A stretch of 64,000 nt of DNA from contig NC_068990.1 in assembly GCF_001194135.2 (NCBI RefSeq), forward strand, positions 4,152,502 to 4,216,501. Reading direction: 5' to 3'. The notes beneath the pieces were generated by a model that was not told the DNA's origin, searched no databases, and saw only the letters and a program-made list of their open reading frames with translations. Source of the DNA: Octopus bimaculoides (taxonomy: Eukaryota). The translations under genes were made by a program, and so were the position numbers. This document shows positions 53,517-64,000 of this stretch, in pieces; the stretch's first letter is position 1, and every line of letters begins with the position of its first letter.

Positions 53517-55220
53517 GCTGATGTGCAAAAGATGGTGAGTTGGCAAAAGCATTACAAGATTGGTAAAATACAATATTTTTCCCCACTCTTTACAATCTGT
53601 GTTCAAATTCTGCTGAGATCAGTTTAGCTTCTCATCCCTCTGAGGCTGATAAAATAAGGCACTGATCTATTACTGGAGTCGATGCAATTGACTAATTAGC
53701 TCCCTTCAAAATTGATGGTTTTATGCCTAACTTGGAAATAATTATTAATTTGGTGTTTGAAACCAAATTTCACAACAGGTTTTTAATAAAGTTATGATCC
53801 TAATTTCATGAGCCGGCTGTTCTATTGATTAAATCAATTGGAACCTTCATTGTTTCAACCACCAGAGTACCAGTTATATATATATGTATGTATGCATATA
53901 TGTATATACATGACAGGCTTTCAGTTTTCATCTACCAAATCTACTGACAAGGCTTTGACTGACACTTGCAAATGTACATGCATACAAGTACATATATAAT
54001 AGTAACGCGGTTGATGATGATGATGACTAGTAGTGGTAGTGGTTATAACAATGAGGAAAAGGAGGAAGAGGATGAAGCTGGTGAGGAAAGGGAAAAAAAG
54101 GAAGGAAAAGAAGAAACTGATCATATTGGGGGTGGTGGAGTTAGGTGTCAATAGTGATGATGATGATTTAGTTAGTAGCCTCATATTTAATCTACCAATA
54201 AGTTTTACTTTCTTAAGTAAATTACCTGGAGCCAGAAATAGTATCTCTACACAAAATTATTCTTGTAGTGTTTATGTATGTATATATATATATATAACTC
54301 AGGTGATTTTCTTTATGTGCCTGCCAGATATTTTCATCACTGAAAAAGAAAAAACAAAAATAAACAAACCATACAGAACAATTCGAGGTTGTTGGCTGAA
54401 GGTAAATAACAGAGGGTAGTGGCACGTTAAATTGATAATGGGTTTGATAAACCACATAAGTGTAAGACAACTGGCATGATGTATTTTAATCATGTCATTA
54501 AAAATATATAAAAAAAAGAACACAAAAAATATAAGATTTTGGATTTTGATGATGTTGCAGAGGAAATGAGAGAGCAAGAGACAACAAAATCAAGGTTAGG
54601 ATACTGACACGTGCACGTGCACACACACACATGTATTTGTGTGCCTATATGTATATATATATGAGTGTGTGTATGTATATATATATATATATATATATAT
54701 TCACACACACATATAAGATTTGCACACACTCATATATGATGTATATATATGAATATATATATATATATAAATATAAAAAATGGAACAAAAATGCAAGAGG
54801 ACAATGAAACATTCAGACAAATAGACAATACAAAGATGAACAGGAGAAACAACAATTAGAAGAACCGGGAAAAAAGAAAGACAGGTTATTCATGGCCTTC
54901 TTTCTTCAGTCAAGTTACCAGATGTCCTTACAGTTTCGGGCAGTTACATTTGAGACAGTTCGATCTGGTTGCCCCCACCAAAAATCTAAGCTAAAAGCAT
55001 TAGATTTTTCTGTATGAAAGCTCGCAAATGTGTATGGCAACAAAGACAAAAAATGGAGAACATGGTACATAATTACAAATGCAAGCAACAAGAATATAAC
55101 AGGTGTCTTTGGCTCTGGGGGGTAAGGCTAATTGGTTGTGGAGGAATCAGCCTTATCCACCAGAGCCAAAGCCAAAGCCGCATACATGAGATTGCATGTA
55201 TAAACAACAGCTGTGGCTAA

Positions 55221-55827
55221 GTGACCGACAACGCCGTCAACACCAAGTTCCTCGTAGACCTAACCTGGAATGGCTACCCACCATCTTTAGCCAAACAATG
55301 GTGCCTGAAGAACATCAGGGTCAATAAACTCCGGAAGACCCATCATACTCCCAAGTCTGGCATGTGCTTTCTAAAGCTACCACATTTTGGCGACAGAACT
55401 ACTGCAGTGATATAACATGCAGTCCACAGGGAAAGACTTGACATACAGATAGTGCACACCAGCCCTTCCATAAAAAAAGCTCTGTCCACTTCTCACTACT
55501 CCGAGGAGAGCATATTTCGAACTGCCCCATCAATGACCCTGAATTGTACCAGAGGACCTATGTTGTATACGAGATCATCTGTGGCAAATGTGGTGCATCC
55601 TACATAGGAAACAAAGAAAACTGCATATATGCATGAAGGAACACATGTAAGCAGACACTTCCATGAAGAAACATTGACAGAAATGCCAGATCCAGGAATT
55701 CACAGTGCACATCAGGGCAACACAGCAGAACAGGGGTGACCTTAGAATCTCTGAGGCCATCTTCATACACCAAAGAAAACCAGAAATCAACAGAAGAGAG
55801 TTACAGGAAACTAGCTGGTTGCTATAG
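55221..55827 (+). mobile_element. Penelope-like element 3' remnant: RT thumb region plus GIY-YIG endonuclease
   Basis: FLVDLTWNGYPPSL (55221 ORF), then CPINDPELYQRTYVVYEIICGKCGASYIG (VVY ~55562, YIG 55601-55609) and LRISEAIFIHQRKPEINRRE..* ending at 55827. Frameshifts and stops present. Confidence 0.88.
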
Positions 55828-56055
55828 CAACACTTTTCTGCACATGTCCACTCCACACATGCTCACACATGCACATTGGCAACGTTGATTAATTTCTTGA
55901 AAATGGAATCATAACCCTGAAATATTAAAAGCAAGGTAAGTCTACATTAATTCATATACTGTGATTTGCCTTGCATTTACTTCGCATTTCTCTGGCCTTA
56001 TCCACAATCCTTTATACAATATATTCTACACAATGCTGCATAGTAATTATTCTAT

Positions 56056-56101
<46 letters not shown>

Positions 56102-56128
56102 CATATGTATATATATATATACACATAC

Positions 56129-56172
<44 letters not shown>

Positions 56173-57789
56173 ATATATACACGTATAAGATTTGTGTATC
56201 TGTCTATATATCTTAAAGATCTGGAAGGTACCTGCTTTGCTTTTTAAAACTATTTCTCTGTTTAGTATTGTTAATTCACAGAGTTGTTTCAAACATACTT
56301 TCTAATACTCTTTTCTCTTTTTTTTTCTGTTTTTACCTTTTAAAAAGATTCATTACTGTTAAGTTAGCCATGACTAAGTATATATTATTTTTAGCTAATT
56401 TTCCCCACAAGTTCAGTGAGATGTAAACTTATTTGGAGGGATGATGGAGTTTGAAAATGTTCAGCTTTAATTATGTCCTTTGTTATTTTTTCTTGATTAA
56501 CATTTTCAAGGTTGTTAACTTAGAATAGAACTGATTTAAAATACAAAAAAAAAAGAAAAAAGTTTGGTATTTTTTGTTTATTTTATTTTATTTTCCAGTA
56601 TTATTGGCACTAATTAATTTGAGTGAAAAATATTCTTGTGAGCTTTAATATTTTGAATATTTTTTTTCTGAAGTAAGTGAAAAAAAAAAAAAATCTTTAT
56701 GAACATCAAACACATTCACGCATACACGTGAACACACAAATATATATGTGCACACACACACTCTTGCAGTTGATTGTATATGTATGTTTGTGTATCTGTC
56801 CTTTGATGTAAAGCCTTACAAATGAGATCCCTTGAGATATTTATTCTGCATCAAGTTACAGACACTCTACTGTTACTGACATCATCAAAAATGCAGTGAA
56901 TCAGTAAGTCATACATTGGAGACTTGTAACTAACAATCATTGTTCACAAATTTCAGCATCAAAAATAATATTGGTGTAAGCACTGGCATAGCTGTGTTGC
57001 AACAACTTTGCTTCTCAACCACATGGTTCTGGGTTCAGTCTCACTGCATGCCATCTTGCGCAGGTGTCATCTACTATAGCCTCAAGCTGACCAAAGCCTT
57101 TTGATATGGTTTTGGTACACAGAAACTGAAGGAAGCCTATTGTGTGTAGAGAGTGAAAATGTTTGTGTTTGTCTTCTACAATTATTTGACGATTAGTGTT
57201 GATTTGTTTATATCTCTATAACTTAGCCTGTTCAGCAAAAGAAACTGGTCATAGCTAGAATGTTTTTTTATCATAAAACTACTCAGTCTGTGCTAATCTG
57301 TGGCTACATAATGAAAACCTGTGTATGTATGTCTTTTGTGAAAATTATCTATGCACAGACGTGTTAGATTTCTAGAAAAAAATGGGGGGAAAAAACAGAA
57401 AATGAAATAAAGAAAACTGAAGTGAGATTCCTATGTTCAGGATATTAGAGATATTGTAACATAAATAAGGCTACATATATAGAATATTTGTAGTACTTCC
57501 CTTGGTAGATGCAGATACTAACAGATATTAGCAAGTGCATTTGTCAAGCAAAGCTTCAGCTGTGAGAGAGAGAAAGAAAGAGAGAGAGAAATTATAGAAA
57601 TATCTTTGCTCTCTCTCAAACAAATCAACATTACATTGCTCTCTATATACAGTTACTAACAGACATTATCAGTAAAGTATAGCTTCGAATATGTGGAAGA
57701 AATTATTAAAATATTGTTTTGTCTCTCAAACAAATCAACACACATATTTGAAAGTCAGTTAAAAGTATAAGTTAGTTATAAATGTGTTG

Positions 57790-58428
57790 GTACTCACCAC
57801 TGATGCAGAAGACAGGAAAGTAGCATGAAAGTGCTATTGTGAGAGGTTGCCAAATGTGGAGAATGCATGGGATAAACAGGGGTTACTGCATGCTGACCCT
57901 ACAGAGGGAGTAGCAAGGTAATTAAAGTGATCAAGGGAATGAAGAAAGGAAGTTGTGAGTCGATCAAAGATAGTTGCAGAAACACTCAAAATATCTGTTG
58001 AAGTAGGATGCATGATTACAATCTGTAGAGTTGATTTAATTTAGTCATATAGGAAGGTGTCATATCCAATGACTAGTACAGCAGAATTATTATAGACTGT
58101 TACAAAATCAAAGGCGATGCCTATGAGAGAAGCAACTATAGAGAAATCAAACTGTTTGTTCAAGTTATGAAGGTCACAGAGAAAGTATTAGCAGAACTGG
58201 TCTATGACAAAGTAGAGATAGATGAGATGCAGTTTGACTTTATCCCCAGAAGAAGCGCTACAGATGCACTCTTTCTAATGAGACAACTGTGGGAGAAACG
58301 CTTGGTTAAGAATAAATTGCTCTACCTGGTTTTCATTGATTTGGAGTTGTTTGACAGGGTACTACACTCAGTAATTAGATAACCACTGAGGAAGCTAGGT
58401 GTAGACAAATAGCTTGTGAGGGCTGTAG
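57790..58428 (+). mobile_element. RTE-type LINE RT N-terminal fragment
   Basis: KGDAYERSNYREIKLFVQVMKVTEKVL..DEMQFDFIPRRSATDALFLMRQLWEK..LYLVFIDLE-FDRV matches conserved non-LTR RT domains. Stops present. Confidence 0.9.
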
Positions 58429-58621
58429 GTAAGAAAGAAAACAAGACCTTGGTATCTTCATGAAAATGGCCATACATGATGTGTAGAAAAGGAGTAAGTA
58501 AAACTCTACACATTGTGCCCAATGTGTGGAGCACTTTAGTCAAATGACTTTTATCACGGACAATACCTAGTGAGTGGAATTTGGTAGGTGGAAACTATGC
58601 AGAAGCTTGTCACTAATGCAT

Positions 58622-58670
<49 letters not shown>

Positions 58671-58818
58671 ATTAGAAGGTAAAGCTTCTTGAATTATAAA
58701 TGAATTTCACATTACTGAACATTCAGATGATTGAAGTAAGGAAGCAGCAAGATTTACGAGCAAAAATATTTGTAAACACATCAAAACTTACAATTCTATA
58801 TTTAAGAAATGAGGAATT

Positions 58819-59112
58819 ATGTACATTATTTACATTTGATGGATATTTGTCCTCATCTTGTTTGTTGTTAACACGTTTCAGCTGATATACCCTCCAGCCT
58901 TCTTCAGGTGTCTTGGGGAAAGTTCGAACCTGGGCTCTCCTCATTCCTAAGGTATTTTTCGATGTTATTATTTTTATCCTTTAGGAATGAGAACCCAGGT
59001 TCGAAATTTCCCCAAGACACCTGAAGAAGGCTGGAGGGCATATCAGCCGAAACGTTGTGTTAACAACAAACAAGATGAGGACAAATATCTGTCGAATGTA
59101 AATAATGTACAT
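58819..59112. repeat. Inverted pair of ~135-bp hammerhead-bearing repeats, Penelope pLTR-like
   Basis: 58819-58952 is the near reverse complement of 58978-59112, with a 25-bp spacer. Confidence 0.9.
59016..59061 (+). ncRNA. Minimal type I hammerhead ribozyme motif
   Basis: GACAC / CTGAAGA (59021-27) / extra A / GGCTG-GAGGGCATAT-CAGCC / GAAA / palindromic ACGT / GUU triplet / GTGTT pairing with GACAC. Confidence 0.7.
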
Positions 59113-60458
59113 CAATACTTGATGAATCTGAGATTTGATTGGTTGCTGAAAACCCATTTGAAAATGCACCACACATTCATCTAGTCAAGTATCATATCCA
59201 AAACACTTTACACACACACACACACACATGCACTTATGTTTACACGCAAAAAAACTGATATTCCATGCCTTCAGTATTATATGTGTGAAACACATAAAAG
59301 CAGCAAGGTGCTTGTTGTTAATGAAAAGTAATTGAATAATGTTTCCATATGACCAATTTTCAAAGTATGCCAAATTCACAGAGTAGAATAAATATACTAT
59401 TTTATCCAAATTGTGAAAGGTTGTCATCAGATGTTACACTTTTCTGTGAGACAAATATTACAGCCATTAATATAGAGGGACATGTGTTTTATCAGATTTA
59501 TAATTGTTCATATCACCACCTTTTAACCTCAATATATTTACATGGTGATGTATCTTTTTCAGGCTTACCTACCGACTTATGCATGTAAAGACTGGATATG
59601 GTGGTCTCCGAAAAAGAAACTTTCATGATTCAATGGAGGGAGAGGAGGCTGCAGCAATTTATTCTGTAGTGAAGGGAGCAAAATGAGGCAAGTAAGACAT
59701 TTTGGTCATCTACTGTATTTGTCTCCATCCATTGTTATCTTCATCAGGCCTGGCCACTGGATTGAAGATGATCATGCATGAGGGAGTGAAACTGACAGTG
59801 CACAACTCTTCTTCACTTTAAAAAAAAAAAGCCACCGCATAAGTTATGAGTCAGCGTCAAGGATGCCTAAATGATCCTTACCGCTCTGACTGATGAGCAT
59901 GATGCCAATAATACAGAAGACATGACAATATTACATATCTTTGAATGTGAGTAGATGAATACATTATGGGTTCTGCATATGATAATTGAATTGATGAATG
60001 TGTGTTACATTCCAAAATGCTTGTCGACAACCAATCAAATCTCAATGATTTATCATATTTTGTTGTGTTTATGAATCACTTATATATTGTCACACTGTTT
60101 CCCTAATATAATGGCTGGAATAATCTGAAACATGAATGTAATTGTCACAACTTAGGACCCTTTAACTTCAAATAAATTAAACAAGCTTTAATTCAAATGC
60201 TGAGCACTTTTTTTGTTTTGTAAGCACAAATCTAAGCAATACATTTTTAAGATGTGTAATTGCTGACATCAAGTTTACGAATCACTCAAGGTTGAGCCTC
60301 TATGTGGCGTATGTCTATAGCAAAAACCAAATTGATTCTATTTCAGTTTTGATTCTCATAGAAACTGATGTATTCACTTTTATATTCTATTATATTATAT
60401 CTCTAAGCCTTACGTTTATGAACAAAAATACAAATCTATATATGTGTGTGTGTATGTG

Positions 60459-60504
<46 letters not shown>

Positions 60505-60702
60505 TTCTGACCAGCATATCTGAAGAGTTGTCTATATTACCAAGAGCAATAGTAGACACAAAACCAGTGGTGACTTTTTGGATGGTTATATGACATAACC
60601 AACCATCACAAAAAATATACTATTTGACTGCATAAAAGTACAACTGCTCAAAATATCTTTCAGAGGGGATTTTTTTACTTCTGACTTATGGACAACTGAC
60701 TG

Positions 60703-60703
<1 letters not shown>

Positions 60704-60794
<91 letters not shown>
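60704..60794. repeat. Pure (TG)n microsatellite
   Basis: About 90 bp, uninterrupted. Confidence 0.97.
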
Positions 60795-60797
<3 letters not shown>

Positions 60798-61439
60798 ATT
60801 CATCATCATAATAATCACTGATTATTATATCTTATATGTTATTGAAGATATATACTCCTTCAATCCTTATGTAGTGATATAATGACATCTGTACAATGGC
60901 TATATACACATTTTAGTAGAACCATTGCTGGAGAAAATGAATGTCTTTCATGTGGAAGATGAACTCTAATGATAAAGTACTTATAGAACGTAGAGAAGTC
61001 ACTGGAATGGTTTCCCACTGGCTTATCCTACTTTAGCAGTAGTCTTTAACTCAGTACTGTTAATTTTACTGTGTGAGGGCACATGGCCTAGTGGTTATGA
61101 TGATCTACTCCTGATCATGAGATCATGGCTTTAATTCCCTGATTAGTGATGCATTTTCTTGAGCAAAACATTTCGTCTCACATTGTCCTGCAATCACTTC
61201 TACACCTGATGTGTGGTGCACTGTGCACCTGTTCTCACAATGTCCATTTGATGGAGGGAGTGAGCTAATGGACAGCACAAGCATTTGATCACTATAACAA
61301 AATCATTTGCACAGGCCATTCAGCAAGAAAGCAGGTTGTTCAACGATATTGATAGCATAGAATGCTATTGGTATTGTCTAAGGGAAAAGTAAAGACTTAT
61401 ACAGCTTAGTACAAATGTTGTTACAAGCAAATTCAGAAT

Positions 61440-62000
61440 GTAAAACTAGAAAATCAATTAATTTCATCACTCTTGACTTTTGTGTTATTTATTAATCTCA
61501 GAAGAATGAAAAGCTAAGTTGACCTTGGTAGGATTTGAACTCAGAATGTAAAGAGCTAGAATAACTTCATCAGATTATTTCGTCCAGTGCATTAGCAATT
61601 CTGCCAGTCTAACACCCTGGGTTTATACTTTATCTCTTTAATATTGGTTTCAAATTTTTTGGCACAAGGTCAGCAACTTTGGGGTTGGGGGAAAGCCAAT
61701 TACATCAATACCAGTGCTAGATTGGTACTTATTTTATTGACCCCTAGAAGATGAAAGGTAAAGTTGACCTCAGTGGAATTTGAACTCAGAACATAAAGAT
61801 AGCAGAAATGCTGCTCCAAGTATTTTACCTGGCTTGCTAACAATTCTGCCAGCTCACTGCTGTTTGCTTTCTCTCATTGATATTGACAGGATGAAAGGTT
61901 AAAGTGACCTTGTTGAGATCTGAATTCAGAACATAAAATGCTGGCACAAATACCACAAGACATTTTGTTTGAGTCTTTAACAATTCTGCCAATCGACCAT
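61440..62000 (-). mobile_element. Cluster of three CpG-depleted family A SINE fragments
   Basis: Three successive copies of AAAG(C/G)TAAAGTTGACCT..ATTTGAACTCAGAA-like sequence. Family CpG positions read TG or CA. Confidence 0.75.
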
Positions 62001-62291
62001 CATTATTGAAGCATGACATCATAATTGGAATTACTTGAAAGTTGTAACTTCATAGAATAAAATAATTGCTTTATATTGCATTGAACACTGCGATTTGACA
62101 CTATGCTGACTCAGCCATCTGCAACTGCAGCCTGTTCACCATAAATGCTATGTCATAATATCATTGACGACATAACTGTAATAAAATGAAGGATTTACTG
62201 GATATTTAAAAATTGCTATTCAACATCTCAATGAACTTTCTTGTTGAAAGAATTGAGTGGTCATATACTGAATGAATGAATCACTCTTAGG

Positions 62292-62296
<5 letters not shown>

Positions 62297-62338
<42 letters not shown>
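62297..62338. repeat. (AG)n microsatellite
   Basis: Seen directly. Confidence 0.95.
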
Positions 62339-62341
<3 letters not shown>

Positions 62342-63223
62342 AGTGAGGCAGACAGATAAACAGAGGAGGAAGAGAGAACTATGGACAGCAGAATGAATAG
62401 AGTGATTGACAAAAAGCCTTGGAGTATTTAGTCATTTCTCTTCATGCTCTCTGTTCAAATCTGACTAAACTCAACTTTGACTTTCTTACTTCCAGAGTTG
62501 ATAAAATTAATTAGGTGCCATTTAATTGAATGCTTCCCTCTCCAACAAAATTGTGGCTTTGTGTGTCTATGCTAGAAATATATTACTTTTAGAGAGTTGG
62601 GTGGTTTGGTAGTTATGGTAAATGCTTCAGTCTAAATGCCTTCCAGCAGTTAATCTTGACCTATGTTCTGCCAGGCTTAATTTTACTATTCACTGTTTTA
62701 GACTTTATATTATAAATATCAGTAATGTGATGAGGATTGATTCAAATAGCTGAGTACAGTACTGGCTGTGAGGTTGAAATATTCACTTTGAAACTGGACG
62801 GTTCTAGGTTTGATTCTGCTACTTGACACTCAGAGTATTCGGTTTATTTATTCACATTGTTTTCAATTAATCATACATTATTTTGTAGTTTTGAGATATT
62901 GAAGATGCATTTGTTTAATTTTGGAATGACATTGCAGAGTAGTTGTGAAAAGCTTGATTTAGTCAGTTTGAACACAAAGCAAGTAGAATATCTGGACCCG
63001 AAATGGCCGGTTTGAATGCTAAAGGGTTGAACAAATATTAGAAAATTAGCAGAAGTATGTTATCGTTAGCAACATTGGTGTTGTAAGAAGAACAAAGGGA
63101 AGGAAATTCAATACATGTATAGAGGTATAGAGTATATATTTATGATTTAGGGAATTGAAAACAGTTTTTTTACAGTGACCGATTAGTTTCATCTCAGAAT
63201 AAAAACTTATTGCATGTGTGTGT

Positions 63224-63258
<35 letters not shown>

Positions 63259-63421
63259 ATGGGCTTCTTCCAGTTTCTGTTTATGAAATCTACTGATAAA
63301 GCTTTATCCAGCCTAGGACTATAGTAAGAAACATGTATTCAAGGTGCCACACAGTGGGACTAAACCCCAAACCTTGCAGTTGGGAAGCAAACTTTTCAAG
63401 CATACAGCTGTGCGTGTACTT

Positions 63422-63468
<47 letters not shown>

Positions 63469-64000
63469 CCTTTTCCCTTGGTTTGTATAGATCTCTGTCT
63501 CATGCTCCTTGGTTTGTGTATGTGAGATATTGCCGTTTCGAGATTAAGTGATTGCTCTACTTTACACCGGGAAGATTTTTCTCACCACTGAACTTAATGA
63601 AACTAGTAGACAAGCAAATGAGTAATCCTGTATTTGATCGCTCAGCTTGCTTGAAATAACAGCCAAATGTCCATCAAATTTCACTTTGTCCCATCATCTG
63701 AAAAAAAGCAAGGTACATATTAGATGATGTAGTCTTAGATATGCAATGCCAGTATGAAGAAAGATTATCATGGCAAAAATACATTTGATTATAGATCAGC
63801 TAAGTCATGATTGATCAATGATTAAACTATAAAAACAAACAACAGATCAAAGGAGAATCCACCGGAGTCTGTTGCTTTGCCATCAGCTGAATAATTTGAA
63901 AGCCAACAGGCAATATATGAGAGGAGCTGTGGACCAGGGGATCAAAGCATCATTGGCAATGAGCTACAAACAGTATATCAAGGAATAGACTTCCCTTGCT

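Larger units (their letters stand above)
18055..59780 (+). other. Hypothetical long-intron spliced gene; candidate short exons only, product unknown
   Basis: AG/GT-bounded segments 18055-18117, 30907-30953, 40896-40921, 56862-56903, 59563-59691 and 59748 onward join in frame as YKSLPSHGPTVVRSASSSDGS-AVVTSFNELLGAYCK-KTVSMAICR-HSTVTDIIKNAVNQ-LTYRLMHVKTGYGGLRKRNFHDSMEGEEAAAIYSVVKGAK*. No homology recognised, and a competing minus-strand chain exists. Confidence 0.2.

Noticed and set aside
53921-54419. Acidic/Lys-rich ORFs
   Set aside because: Trinucleotide and purine-rich low-complexity sequence; no splice or homology support.
54895-54960. GAAAC and CTGAAGA on the minus strand
   Set aside because: I could not build stems I-III in any hammerhead topology.
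722-63420. tRNA genes or a CRISPR-like array from recurring GTTCAAAT and GTCGA motifs
   Set aside because: These are dispersed SINE heads and bodies with no full cloverleaf, no regular repeat-spacer period and no cas genes.

Overview
AT-rich, microsatellite-dense eukaryotic DNA with four N-gaps. The SINE, LINE and MITE families look like those of Octopus (from recall; not checked by search). No host protein-coding gene can be named. Every recognisable peptide comes from a decayed transposon: a CCHC ORF1-like element (9.4-10.8 kb), Ty3/Gypsy gag (12.5-13.5 kb), Merlin/IS1595-like transposase (16.0-16.4 kb), mariner (25.7-26.4 kb), RTE-type LINE RT fragments (27, 38, 58 kb) and a Penelope-like GIY-YIG remnant (55.2-55.8 kb). 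Repeat copies keep their CpGs left of about 17 kb and lose them to TpG/CpA on the right. This suggests a methylated domain, probably a long-intron gene body, with several short candidate exons of unresolved strand. The best lead is a ~360-bp, hairpin-rich, retrozyme-like unit at 21.8-22.3 kb. It carries a type I hammerhead ribozyme with a compensatory U3-A8 core pair and a palindromic stem III. A second hammerhead family forms an inverted pair at 58.8-59.1 kb.
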